A stretch of DNA of 63,917 nt, the filler included, from Octopus bimaculoides (Eukaryota), in assembly GCF_001194135.2 (NCBI RefSeq). It is 6 parts of 6 records of this genome, joined end to end, with 100 filler letters (N's around TTAATTAATTAA, not from the genome) between each part and the next. Parts side by side here need not be neighbours in the genome. Positions count along the whole stretch, not along the records: positions 1 to 24,809 come from NC_068988.1; 5 more parts are not named here. The stretch is one strand, 5' to 3'. Positions within the stretch are counted from its first letter, which is position 1, and each line of letters starts with the position of its first letter. This document shows positions 1 through 13,237 of this stretch, in pieces. Under the pieces are notes generated by a model. That model was given only the letters and a program-made list of their open reading frames with translations, ran no database searches and was not told the origin of the DNA. The position numbers and the translations under genes are program-made.

Positions 1-31
<31 letters not shown>

Positions 32-155
32 ATTAAAGAATGACAAATGAACAAGAGTTACACAGTTTCCTTATTTAGCTTACAGCTGTTTCTTCTGTAG
101 GAAACATTGCACTCATATTGAATCAAAATATGAAACCAATATTCCACATCAATAT

Positions 156-570
156 GGCACAGAGCTGGCAGAAGTGTTAGCATGCTGGGTGAAATGTATG
201 GCGTTACGTTCTGAATTCAAATTCTGCCAAAGTCGACTTTGCCTTTCATCCTTTTGGATTCGATAAATTAAGTACCAGTTATGCACTGGGGTCGATATAA
301 TCGACTTAATCCCTTTGTCTGTTCTTGTTTGTCCCCTCTATGTTTCGCTCCTTGTAGGCAATAAAGAAATAAGAATCGTTAGCACACTGGGTGAAATGCT
401 TAGTGGTATTTTGTATGCCATTACGTTCTGAGTTCAAATTCTGCCAAAGTTAACTCTGCCTTTCATCCTTTTGATGTTGATAAAATAAGTACCTGATGAA
501 CGCTGGGGTCGATGTAATCGACTTGACCCCACCCCTGAATTTGCTGGCCTTGTACAAAAATTTGAAATCA
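156..570 (+). mobile_element. Two tandem copies of SINE family A
   Basis: Shared body 'gttctgagttcaaattctgcc...gcctttcatcc...gataaattaagtaccag...ctggggtcgat..aatcgac' occurs twice head-to-tail and recurs at many other places in the window. Confidence 0.8.
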
Positions 571-689
571 GTACTTCACATCAGTTCTGCCACTAATACT
601 CTTGAATAGAAGATGGGAAACACTACCACCTAACAGTTCATAAATACCTACTGAAATCCTTTGGACTGCTCCAAAACAGTCATCATTAA

Positions 690-965
690 CTTTTATGCTT
701 TTCTTAATATTTTATTCTTTCTTTTTCTATCTATTCACTTCACCTTCCATTCTCATCCCATCTTTTTCTTTTTATTCTCACCTTTGTTTTCTTTCCTTTA
801 TCTTTTTGTTCTTTCTTTTCATTTCCTTTTTTTTATTCTCTTTACCCTTTTTATTCCTACATTATTCTCTTTATTTTATCCACTTCATTCTTTTCTATAG
901 CTACACTTCTTTCTTCCTGTCTTTTATCCCTTTTCCTTCCTTTCCTTTCTCCTCTCTTTCTTTGC
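690..965. repeat. C/T-rich low-complexity tract
   Basis: Nearly pure pyrimidine stretch; source of the F/L/S-rich ORFs in the track. Confidence 0.85.
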
Positions 966-1267
966 CCTTCTTCATTCGTTGCTTTGATGAGAACAAACTT
1001 TATAATCCTAACAACTCCTATAAAAGTGGTTTCAATTGGCCAGAGACACCAAAGTGTTATCTTACAGTAATTATCTTCTATAAGGCTCATTAAACTCAAC
1101 ACAGATAGAATTTCTTCATTTATCAGATAATATAGCTTTCTCTCCTTTAAATATGTTATTTTTTCTTTCTTTTTTTTTTCTTTGTTAGTTCTTGCTTTTG
1201 TTTTCAATATCACAACTTACAAATTTATTATTTGTCGGAATTTTAAAGGTGTTATTTAGCTTCCTTT

Positions 1268-1361
1268 GTAAATAATAATAATAATAATAATAATAATAAG
1301 GATAATAATAATAATAATAGTGAGAAGAAGAAGAAGAAAACAATGACAACAATAATAATAC

Positions 1362-1418
<57 letters not shown>

Positions 1419-1528
1419 CGACGATGACGATGATGATGATGATGATAAAAATAGAAATAATAATAATGGTGGTAGTAATAATAATAATAATAATAACAAC
1501 AATAATAATAATAATAATAATAATAATG
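1268..1528. repeat. Compound (AAT)n/(AAG)n/(GAT)n microsatellite
   Basis: Direct reading of trinucleotide runs. Confidence 0.95.
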
Positions 1529-1539
1529 CCCTGATACCA

Positions 1540-1705
1540 GGCAGTGGCTCTCATGGTTTCTGATCTTGACTGATTGGAAGTGTTCGGTAAAAGAGACCGA
1601 TAGAATAAGTACTAGACTTACAAAGAATAAGTCCTGTGGTTGATTTGCTTGACTAAAAGTGTTGCTCCAGCATGGTCATAGTCAAATGACTGAAACAAGT
1701 AAAAC
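1540..1705 (-). mobile_element. SINE family C copy
   Basis: Reverse complement of 'cttgtttcagtcatttgactg..gccatgctggagcac...gtacttattctatcggtctc', also seen at 8.36, 20.95, 34.48, 56.1 and 60.64 kb. Confidence 0.75.
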
Positions 1706-2570
1706 AGTAAAAGAGTACAAACATTTGTCTCCTTTCAGTTTTGATCTTCCAAATCCACAAGATTTTGGTCGTCCCAAGACTATACTAGAAGCAATGCAAG
1801 GGAACTGAACCCGAAACTATATGAATGGGAAGAAAGCTTCTTAGTCATATGGACATGTCTGCACTTAACATACAGATGGTACTTATTTTATCACTACTGA
1901 AATGGGTAGTTAACCTTAGCAGCATTTGAACCCAGAATCCCAATGGATGTAAATAAAACCACTTGGCAAGTTTGTCCACCACTCTACAAATTCTGCCATC
2001 TGATAATTTGTTTAATATTAGAAGATTAAAAAGAGAATGTAAATAGAAAGGAAAAAGTAAGTTCACGAATAGAACATAAAAAGCAAAAGAATAAATAAAT
2101 AAATATAAAGGTTATTGATTTTTAAAATACTCAAATTTAGTGATTATGATAATAATGATGAGAATGATGCTCACAGTAATCATCGCTGTCATCGTCGTCA
2201 TCACCAACAGTTTATTATTATTAATGTTGTTGTTATTATTATGTTTGTGGTGAAGGTGGTAACAGGGAAGGTTAGATATAATGCTTGCATTAGATCTACA
2301 TTAAATTGATCAACGAGCCAAGTAAATTTGACTAAATGAAGCCATGGTATTAATTTAGTGCCAGGGACTCTTAGGGAGTTCAGCTTCACTGCTTTTGACA
2401 GGGAGATGTGTATCTAACATATATCAATAGGGACATCACATACGTGCATGTGTGTGTGTGTGTGTCTGTGTGTGAGTGTGTGTGTGGTTGTATGGGTTTG
2501 TGCACGTGTGTACACGTATGTAAAATCATCTGTGCTTGAAGATAAACAGTGAAAACACATGCAGATGCAC

Positions 2571-2627
<57 letters not shown>

Positions 2628-2719
2628 ATATATATATATATTATATATGTATATATATCTTCTAATACATTTGTTTCTACATGCGCATATGTATACGTAT
2701 GTATTCTTCTCTCCTTCTC

Positions 2720-3200
2720 TCTTGGTGTTTTCTTGATACTGAAGAGGTTTCCAAAGTTTCTTTATTGATACTGATGTTATCATTTTTCCTGAATGTGTCT
2801 TCCAATGTTGGAGATGAATTGCTAATCACAAAACAGGTGTTGAAACTTTGTGGATGTGAGCCTTGTCCTAGGAGTCATTGCTCACCTATTTTTTTTCTTC
2901 TTGGTCTATCTCTCTTCAGTATGTTGATGCCAAAAGTTTTCCACAACAAAGTCCCTTCTTTTGTGTGCTTGCCACCAGTTCTAATAATTTCTAGCTACTC
3001 TTTCCTATTTGTAAAGATAAATGTTGAATAAAGATGTGATATTCTGATTGGAACCATGCCAGCATTTGTTATGTACACTTATTGTCGGTGAATTTCTGTA
3101 TGTTCAGTGGACAAGATTTATCTGGGATTTTTGTGCTTGACCTATTTTTGTATGTCACTGGAATTGATTTTTGTTTTTTTTGTAAATTATGATTTGGTTT
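2720..3200 (-). mobile_element. Possible highly decayed Penelope-like (GIY-YIG) remnant
   Basis: Broken minus-strand translations give ...NKC..., ...KIGEQ*L...H and IKKLWKP, loosely matching the order of PLE endonuclease motifs; many stops. Confidence 0.3.
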
Positions 3201-3315
3201 CTTTTAAGTTTTTCTGTTGCCAATGCATTCCTGTTTATGACATAGTTAACCCATTTGTCATTCAAAACCTACCGTAATTGTATTTTTTTTTTCTGAATAA
3301 AATCTCTCAACTTAC

Positions 3316-3359
3316 CATATTTGTTGTTGATGTGTTGTCTAAATCTTTAAATTATAAAG
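3316..3359 (-). other. Candidate 44-nt exon (non-coding, ending in ATG)
   Basis: Minus strand: acceptor tattctctttacacag| and donor ATG|gtaagt. All three frames contain stops, so it would be a 5' UTR exon ending in a possible start codon. Confidence 0.35.
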
Positions 3360-3563
3360 CTGTGTAAAGAGAATACAACAGCATGATGCACCAAAATCTC
3401 AAGTTATAGTTGTACAACATGAGAGAAACACACTCAGCTCACAATGTCACCATCAAGGAATAAAGAGGTGAACAAAATGCTAGCAAGATAAGTGAAAGAT
3501 GAATCTTCTGATTCACCTAGTATAGTAACTTGAAAAGGTCTTCCTTCTGCACCATATGAATAT

Positions 3564-3755
3564 TGGTTTCAAATTTTGGCACAAGGCCAGCAATTTCGGG
3601 AATTGGGTACGATAAATTGATTACATCAACCCCAATGTTCAACTGATACTTATTTTATTGACCCGGAATGAATGAAAGGTAAAGTCAGCTTTGGTGGAAT
3701 TTAAACACAGAACATTAAGAGAGACATAATGCCACTAAGCATTGTGTCCAGTATG
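3564..3755 (-). mobile_element. SINE family A copy
   Basis: Reverse complement of the family A body; CpGs decayed to TpG/CpA. Confidence 0.75.
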
Positions 3756-3989
3756 TCTAGATAGATTAATATTAATTTACAATACCTTGTCATCAACTCC
3801 AAGTGCATCACCACAAGATAGAATCAGTGAACAGAGTTATATCGGAAAACATTTTGCCCAGCATGCTAATGATTCTGTCAGCTTGCTACCTTTCACCAAA
3901 TGAATATTGAATGTATTCATCTTTGTTATGCTGACAGAGAGGTCAACCATTTTTTAAAGATAAGCTGAGTAAAGATGAATTAAGTAAAA

Positions 3990-4240
3990 ATCCTTGTCAT
4001 CCATAAACACAGGCTTGTCCCTTACAGGTGATGGTGCCACATAAAATGCACTTGTGCTTATGCTGCATAAATACACCTGTGTTGGTAACACATGAAAAGC
4101 ACCCGGCATACTCGGTAAAATGGCTGGTGTTAAGAATGACATCTCCAGCCATAGAAACCATGCCACGATAGACAATTGGAATTTGGACAGTTCGCTGGCT
4201 GTCCAGCTTTTGTCAAACTGTCCAACCCAAGTCAGCATAG
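3990..4240 (-). mobile_element. RTE-3'-UTR-related repeat (family E)
   Basis: Contains 'ggtgccacataaaatgcac' and 'aaaagcaccc', related to copies at 7.6, 8.1, 17.3, 21.5, 24.1 and 33.9 kb. Confidence 0.6.
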
Positions 4241-5306
4241 AAAATGTGCATAAAATGATGATAATGGTTACGATGAAGTTAATGCAACAGGTAGATTGGA
4301 TCTGGTTAAAAATGAAACAGCATTGTCATTGACATATTGGTACTCACAGATTAAGGCTGCAGATGTATGATTTTACAATTTATGTTACTATAGGTTAACT
4401 AGTCCTTCATCATATCAGCATTGAAAAGTAACACCAAGTTTGGATTTATAGATGACTTTTATCTATTCATCAGTTACATACTTGTGAAGGCACAAGTACA
4501 AACTCATTTAACACATTTACTATATTTATTACATGACTAAGTTTTTAAACCTAACTATTAGAAGTGTGCATTATACATAAGAATTGTTACCCATATTTTT
4601 CTAGTCAAATATGTTGCCAGATATTAGCTGTATCTACTGTCCAATCTACATGATGCATGTAACAAAGACTTAAGGTGACTCAAATACTGCTATAATTTCC
4701 TCTGATAGTGGAAAGCTATTAAATATTTGGCACAAGAAACAGATACTTGTCCCGTGGAATTACTGTTGTCAAGCTTCTGTATCTAAGGCTAGCATGTAAT
4801 AACTCCTTTGCTGAAAATATTATTTCACTTATTTAATATGAAAATTAAATGAATAAATAATCAATAAGGATATTATGTAGAAGCTGTCATTATTGAAAAG
4901 CGAACATAATTTGCAAAAAGAAAAAAATGATTTTGTTAACATCACTATATACATTTCTATTCAAAGAATGAAAATATTCAATAATAAAAGTATTTAAATA
5001 GAAGTGATTACATTCTGGATGACTTTTCACGAGTTCATTCTACAGGAGATACACTTTTACAGCTTAGACCAGTAAAGATCAAAGAACACTTTTAAATTTG
5101 CATATTGTTCTGAAGATATGAGAAATTTTTCAATGTAATTATATGAGCTCAGACTAAGCACTTCTTTTTCTATAATTCATATTAAAGAAAAAAAAAAAAA
5201 CAGGGCATGTTATACATGAGAGAGATGTTTCCAAAATTTCATAGCTCATAATTAGTAGTGTGCATCATGCATNNNNNNNNNNTATACACACATATATATA
5301 CATATA

Positions 5307-5344
<38 letters not shown>

Positions 5345-5419
5345 ATAGATAGATAGATAGATACAGCTGTGTGTTCATAAGTGTGTGCATGTATGTGAGT
5401 GCATGTGTGTTTGAGTGCA

Positions 5420-5465
<46 letters not shown>

Positions 5466-6159
5466 TAATGGATAGTATAGCATGAATCAGGAGAACTAAG
5501 ATAAATTTTAATTGCACAGAACCCCGTTGGTGATGTAAACATATTTCTTCTATGCTGGGATGTTTGGAAAAAAAGAGCATGTATCCGCCTGATGGATCAT
5601 TTCATGGTTCCTTGTTCACTTCTTAGAGAAGAGGCATACAATTTTCTAACATTTCCAAGTAAGGTACTTTACTCCACTTGTATGCACATGCTGACCCACT
5701 AAACTATGGGAAATACTGTTTATGCAGGATCATGATCATCATATCATCATCATCATCATCATCATCATCTAGTGTTTTAAATCTGGATTTTGTCCCCATT
5801 AATGAGGATGATCAGATCTACCTCAATGCCATAGCAACCGAGGTAGGCAGGTGCAGTCCACATCAGCCTTTGGGCTGGCTTGTGCCATTCTCCTTTACTA
5901 TCATGAGGCATTTTTGAGCTGAATTTTCTATGGGGAGCATGCCCTTGCTTAACCCCAACCTCAGTTTCTAGATATGAGTGGTCCCGAGACCAAGGCCTCT
6001 ACCATGCTTTTCAATAAATGTGGTGGAAAACTAGCTCAGGAAGACAGGGACACTACTCTCTGAAATTAAGTGCCAATCAGTTACTGTGGTCAATGTGATT
6101 GACTATCTCCCTCCCCTCAAATTTCATGCCTTGTGCCTTTAGTAGAAAAGATTGTTATT

Positions 6160-6350
6160 AAGTGTGGCAAACAAACAGAACCGGCCGTTTTTACGTTCTG
6201 AGTTCAAATTCCTCCGTGTTTAACATTGCTTCTTATCTTTTCAGGGCCAAAAAAACAAAAAAAATACCAGTTGAACACTGGGGTCAATGTAATCGACTTA
6301 TCCCGTGCCCCAAAATTGATGCCGTTGTGGCAAAACTTGAAACCATAATG
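6160..6350 (+). mobile_element. SINE family A copy
   Basis: 'tttacgttctgagttcaaattcc...ctggggtcaatgtaatcgac...gtggcaaaacttgaaacc'. Confidence 0.75.
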
Positions 6351-6435
6351 ATATTCTTGTTAAACAACAGCAGAAGCAGCAGTAGCAACTTCAGCAGCAG
6401 CAACTTCAGCAGCAGCAGTAGCCTAATTATCAGTG

Positions 6436-6472
<37 letters not shown>

Positions 6473-6896
6473 ATATTTATTATTCAATGGAAAGAAAGGA
6501 AACATAAAACATCACGATTGGAAGCTGGAAAATGTTGAAAAATAAAATTAAAAACAACACAAAAAAACATAAATATATAAAAATAAAAAAAAAAAATTAA
6601 AATTATAGGGCTGAGTATAGATGACAAGAAATTTATGTTTTCACCAGTTGTAAAACTTTTCTTTGATGTCAGTGAAATGTTGGAGGAGGTGTGTAGATGC
6701 AATCATTTAAAATCCAGTGAGCGTGTGCATGTCAGTGCATACACATATAACTCATGTGAGCAATGTATCGCTATATTTGATTATTTTATTATTTTATGGG
6801 GCCATGTACAGATTACTATGCATGTCTTCATGTATACGCATGTATATTTTTTCATACATACATATATGTGTGTGTGTGTGTGTATATATATATGTG

Positions 6897-6975
<79 letters not shown>

Positions 6976-7206
6976 NNNNNNNNNNNNNNNNNNNNNNNNN
7001 NNNNNNNNNNNNNNNNNNNNNNNNNNNNNNNNNNNNNNNNNNNNNNNNNNNNNNNNNNNNNNNNNNNNNNNNNNNNNNNNNNNNNNNNNNNNNNNNNNNN
7101 NNNNNNNNNNNNNNNNNNNNNNNNNNNNNNNNNNNNNNNNNNNNNNNNNNNNNNNNNNNNNNNNNNNNNNNNNNNNNNNNNNNNNNNNNNNNNNNNNNNN
7201 NNNNNN

Positions 7207-7247
<41 letters not shown>

Positions 7248-7634
7248 GTATACATATATATGTATATGTCTATATGTATGTATGTGTGTACACACACACA
7301 TATATATATAAGCACAGACATATAAATGTATACACACATTCACACAAACACATATATGTATTTATATGTGCATATGTATATATATATGTGTGTGTGTGTG
7401 TAGGCATAATATATATATGTATGTATGTGTGTGTGCATATAAATGTATGTATGTATCATTACAAGCATTCTTTGATCAAGATTCTACAATATCATGATGG
7501 TATCTGTTACTTTTAACAGAAACTTGTGTGGTGGGAACCCATAAGGATTCAAAGAAGTTAGGAATTCAACAGTGTAGCTGACAGTATCTGCAGCATTGGA
7601 AACTAAAAAATCTCCAGAAATCTAATCCAACACA

Positions 7635-7910
7635 CTATTCATCATCATCATCATCATTATCATCATTTAACATCTGCTTTCCATGCTGCCATAAGTTGGA
7701 CAGTCTGACTGAAAACTGGTGAGCCGAGGAATTGCACTTGAAAATGTCTTTCCCACAAGAGTTCCGGATCCCAGTTATGAACTCATTTGCATGCAGCCCA
7801 ATAAGATGGCTGCACCAATCTGATCTGGCAGAGTTTCTACAGTTGGATGCCTTTCCTAATGCCAACCACTCCGAGAGTGTAGTGGTTCCTTTTACGTGCC
7901 ACCGCCACAA
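7635..7910 (-). mobile_element. Family E repeat with (GAT)n tail
   Basis: Reverse complement of 'ggcacgtaaaag..ccactacactc..gagtggttggcattaggaaaggcatcc...gcatggaaagcagatgttaaatgatgat'. Confidence 0.8.
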
Positions 7911-8114
7911 TGTGTATTTATAAAACCTTCAAGCAGTTTCCGTACTATCATATTTGTGAAAAAATTATCTTTTATTGCAAAAGTAATTTAAACTTACTGC
8001 TAACCAGCAAATGATTTCAGTATTGATGATATTGGCATCTGAATAAGAGCCCAATATAAGATTTGCATGGCAATCGGAGGTCACCATTTTGAATGCCAAC
8101 CTTTGTTAACTTGA

Positions 8115-8310
8115 CAACAAGGTCAGGTGAGCTCTGATTGGCTGTATGCAAATGAGTTCATTATTGGGGTCCAAAACTGTCGTGGGAAAAAAAAGTTTCA
8201 CAAGCTGCACCAGGTTCCAATCGGATTTGGCATGGTTCCTATTCCTACAGCTGGATGTCTTTCCTGGTGCTAACCACTCCAAGAGTGTAGTGGGTGCTTT
8301 TATGCCCTTA
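8115..8310 (-). mobile_element. Family E repeat (partial)
   Basis: 'ggatgtctttcctggtgctaaccactccaagagtgtagtgggtgctttt' matches the family E core. Confidence 0.7.
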
Positions 8311-8354
8311 TTCTTCAATTTTTGACGGAAATGTTACTTTTATGTATATCTTCT

Positions 8355-8560
8355 ATCTTTTACTTATTTTAGTCGTTAGACTGCGGCCATGCTAGGGCAC
8401 ATCTTTGAACTTTCATTAAATGAATGAATAACCCCAATACTTTTTTTTAAGCCTAGTGCTTCTTCTATCGGGCTCTATTGTTGAACGACTAAGTTATGGG
8501 GATGCAAACATACCAGCACCCGTTGTCAAGCAGTGGTTGGAGGACTAACACAGATGGAAA
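8355..8560 (+). mobile_element. SINE family C copy
   Basis: 'tactta ttttagtcgttagactgcggccatgctagggcac...cttctatcgg...taagttatggggatg' family C body. Confidence 0.75.
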
Positions 8561-8582
8561 GACACACGCATAGATAGATATT

Positions 8583-8604
<22 letters not shown>

Positions 8605-8619
<15 letters not shown>

Positions 8620-8775
8620 CAGGCTTCTTTCAGTTTCTGTCAACCAAATCCAATCACAAAGCTTTGGACAGCCCATGGCTATACCAGAAAACACCTGCTG
8701 AAGGTGCCATGCAGTGGAACTGAACCCAGAACCATGTGGTTCGGAAGCAAGCTTCTTACCACACAGCAATGCTTG
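8605..8775 (-). mobile_element. tRNA-derived SINE family D copy
   Basis: Minus strand has A-box-like 'tgctgtgtggtaag', B-box-like 'gggttcagttcc' and the end 'gaaactgaaagaagcc' plus a (TA)n tail. Confidence 0.8.
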
Positions 8776-10315
8776 CATTTAAGCATTAGCAATTTCATTG
8801 ATGGTCTTAAAAATTCATGAAAACATTTACAATTAGTTCAATGACAAATGAAAATCATGTACTAATTAAAAATGAATGTAAGCAATTATTTTTATAATTA
8901 TTGAAGGAAAGTGAGGAAGGAGATGGAAGTGCTACTTCCCAGTGAATTTGTGAAGAGATGGATATGTGTGGCAGAAATGGTTTGGGTGAGGAGCTCTATA
9001 CTGTGCATGAATCTGTAGATTGGAGATCAACTGTTGGTTGAGGGGTCGTGCTTTTGGTGGTCAGAATATTTCTAAATCTACTGAGTTCTTTGATTGGCCC
9101 CTGGTTGGAGGTTTTCTTGTATCAGGAGAACTGCATCATTCATATTATCACATATTTTGTATAATATGTATATTGTTATCACATTTCAGCATCTTTACCT
9201 ATTTCTCTCTCCTTGTTTTATGTAAACTCCCACACAAATTCTTGACTGTCCTTGTGACATTCTCCTTCATCTAAGCCTCTGTGGCCAGAAAAATAAATTG
9301 TTATAAAATATTTCCCTAGTAAAACAATTTACAACTACTTAGAAATAGTAACATAAGTATAATTCAGGTGTTTTGTGGGTAGTTTCCATTAACACGTAAC
9401 TGCATGCATGTATGTGTGTATGTATGTATGTATGTATGTATGTAGGTATGTATGTATGTATTTTCCCTGAGCCTGCAACTCATATTGGCACCAGACAACT
9501 TGCTCCAGCTTATCTCTGGATAATGTCAATAAAGTGTAGAGGGTCTATGAGGTGTTGTGCAAACCTTATAGGACCTAAAATTCTGCACAGGCATTGCCAG
9601 CTTCTGCTCAATGTGTGTGTTTTTGGTGGGGTGTTTTTCCCCTATATATATTTATATTGTTTTTAGTTTATATTTATGCTTGTCAAGAGCAGGGCTCATT
9701 AGCCACCAATGGAGCCACAAATGCAAAAATATAAGTTAGTCCTGTATGTATGTATGTATGTGAAAGGGAGAGGATAAAGGACAAGAAGAGCAAAGGAAAG
9801 ATATGAGGATTAATAAGAGGAAGGAGTATGAAACACAGTATGATAGAATAAGATAAAATAAAAAAAGTTTAAAAAATGTTGTGTGTGTGTGCGTGCGCGC
9901 GTGTGTGTGAAAGAAAGAGAGGAGTGGAGTTAGGGAGAGAAAGAAAGAATTGGCAGAGACAATATGGCATCAGATAGAAACATTTAAGGTATTTGTTTTG
10001 ATACTCAGTACACTGAGTTCAAATCCTACAAAGATTAGCTTTGCTGTTCATCCTTTTCGGATCAAGAAAAAACATATTAATCCAAGGCAGAGTATTAGCA
10101 GAACTGTAAAAATGTCAGACCAGACGCTTTACTGTATTGTTCTTGGTCTTTGTTCAAATTCTGCTATGGCATACTTTGAAATTAACTTAAACCCTTAACA
10201 TTGCCACTTGGCTCCTTGGGTGTCTTTAAATGAGTTCACCCTACTGCAAAATTCGGTATAGGTCGTTGCTTTGAGAAGCTGGGAATACTTTCCTTTCCTC
10301 ACTCCCAGTAATCTC

Positions 10316-11090
10316 AGGCATCACCATATTATAGGCATCACCATCATCATCACCATCAACAATTATAGGCATCACCATCATCACCACCATCAACAATTAT
10401 AGGCATCACCATCATCACCACCATCAACAGTTATAGGCATCACCATCATCACCACCATCAACAGTTATAGGCATCACCATCATCATCACCATCAATAGTT
10501 ATAGGCATCACCATCATCACCACCATCAACAATTATAGGCATCACCATCATCACCACCATCAACAGTTATANNNNNNNNNNNNNNNNNNNNNNNNNNNNN
10601 NNNNNNNNNNNNNNNNNNNNNNNNNNNNNNNNNNNNNNNNNNNNNNNNNNNNNNNNNNNNNNNNNNNNNNNNNNNNNNNNNNNNNNNNNNNNNNNNNNNN
10701 NNNNNNNNNNNNNNNNNNNNNNNNNNNNNNNNNNNNNNNNNNNNNNNNNNNNNNNNNNNNNNNNNNNNNNNNNNNNNNNNNNNNNNNNNCATCAATAGGT
10801 ATAGGCATCACCATCATCACCACCATCAACAATTATAGGCATCACCATGATCATCACCATCAATAGGTATAGGCATCACCATCATCACCACCATCAACAA
10901 TTATAGGCATCACCATCATCACCACCATCAACAATTATAGGCATCACCATCATCATCACCATCAATAGTTATAGGCATCACCATCATCACCACCATCACC
11001 AATTATAGGCATTACCATCATCACCACCATCAACAATTATAGGCATCACCATCATCACCACCATCAACAGTTATAGGCATTATCATCATC
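10316..11090. repeat. 34-bp minisatellite (ATAGGCATCACCATCATCACCACCATCAACAATT)n
   Basis: ATAGGC anchors at 10331 and 10365 give a 34-bp period; the array continues on both sides of the gap 10572-10789. Confidence 0.95.
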
Positions 11091-11878
11091 ATCACTACCA
11101 TCATCACCATCTCTATCACCACAAACATCAGACATCTGGCTATAAAATACTGCCTCAAATAAGAATCTAGTCAGTCTCCGCCAGCAAAGTAAAGCTGACA
11201 AATAAATTATACTAAACTATACTTCGAGCTGAAGATGATACTACACAGTCACTTGACCTACTAAAAGCAACAACCAAATTTCCTCAAGTTACATACTAGT
11301 ATTTTTAAATTAGAAAGACACAGTATAGATGGCATACACTTAGTTTTGTACAATAACTGAGGAAAAGATAACCTGGTCATGTTTTGGAACATCTTTGGTC
11401 ATGTGTCTCGTTCAGTCAGGTTTCATCTGAGGCTAAACATAAACACCATGAACTATGTTATGCTGTAAAGGCAGTGCATTAAAGTACATTACACCCACAT
11501 GTAAACTACACTATGTTGGACCGTAAGCATGTTACACTATCTCATAGACTGCACTCATATCATAACTGCATAGACAAACAAAGATGAATGAAGTGACAAA
11601 GAAGTTGTTAAGCATAACAGCAGCAAATATACAATAAAGAATGGGAAGAATAGAAGATGGTTGTCTTGGAAGTCTAAGACATAACAATGAAGATGATGGC
11701 AACAATTTTTTGTCAAATGCTAATAAAACTACTCAACAAGCAAATATAGCTTTCTGATACTAATAGCATATATAAATGGACACCATACAATATACACATA
11801 TATACACACACTTCAAACGTTATATGTGTATATGTGTGTGTATGTATATGTATATTTGCATATTTATATATGTATATG

Positions 11879-11980
<102 letters not shown>

Positions 11981-12662
11981 TAAATATACATACATACATA
12001 TATATATATGAAGTAGAAAGAGTAAAGAGATAAAAATGAAGATATACACACACACATACACACACACATATATATATGTGTGTATTGGTAAATGAACAGA
12101 CAGATAAATGGACAGGTAGGGAGAGAGAGATGGCTAAGTAAATAGAGAGATGGATAAACAGACAGACATATGCATATATTTACACTTGCGATGTTTTCTC
12201 CCAGGCAATATCGGTTAAACCAATACTGCCTTGGAGAAAATTTAATTTATATACAATAAATCACATATAAACAAAATTATGTGTATGGGGATATACATAC
12301 ATATGTCCTCCATACATACATATATGCACATATATGTATGTAAATTATATACATACATACAGAAAAATATATATATATATATATATTTGTGTGTGATCTT
12401 ATATAAACAGATGTATGCATAAGTAGATGCATAAATACATACATACATACTCACACAGACACACATGCATTATACTTAATATAAAGACAGCGTATAGTGT
12501 GTGCAAGTGTATCTGTGTGTGACTGAAAAATAAACAGAGATAAATTGATAGTTATATACAATATACATACGTATAAACATTATATATAGAGATTGAGAGA
12601 GAGAGAGATACATTTACATACACATATGTGTGTGTATATATATATATATATGTATGTATATA

Positions 12663-12720
<58 letters not shown>

Positions 12721-13044
12721 CCAGAGAATTTGACTATTATTGCTTAGAGGCTAACAAATTATATATGAAAAGTTAAATTAATAAACAAAATATGTAATAT
12801 TACAAAAGTTTTTTTTTTGTATTCATTATTAATATTATCATTATTATTATTATTATTATTATTATCATTATTATTATTATTGTTATCATTATCATTATTT
12901 TTTATCATCATCATCATCATCATCATCATCATTATTATTGTTGTTGTTGTTATCATTATTATCATTATTATTATTATTATTGTCCTTATTATTATTGTTA
13001 TTCTCCATTTTATTATTTACATGGTGATCTGGAAGAAATGTTAC

Positions 13045-13237
13045 AACATCGAACAAAATGCTTAGCGGCATTTCTCCTGGTTCTGTACATTCTTTGTTCA
13101 AATTCCACCAAAGTCAATTTTGCCTTTTATCCTTTTGGGGATGATAAATTAAGTGCCAGTGTATTCGACTAGTCCCCTTCCCACAAATTTCAGGCCTTGT
13201 GCCTATAATAGAAAGGATTATTATTATTATTATTATT
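13045..13237 (+). mobile_element. SINE family A copy with (ATT)n tail
   Basis: Family A body ending 'gtgcctataatagaaaggattattatt'. Confidence 0.8.

Noticed and set aside
661-1554. Long F/L/S-, I-, M- and S-rich ORFs
   Set aside because: Translations of pyrimidine tracts and trinucleotide microsatellites.
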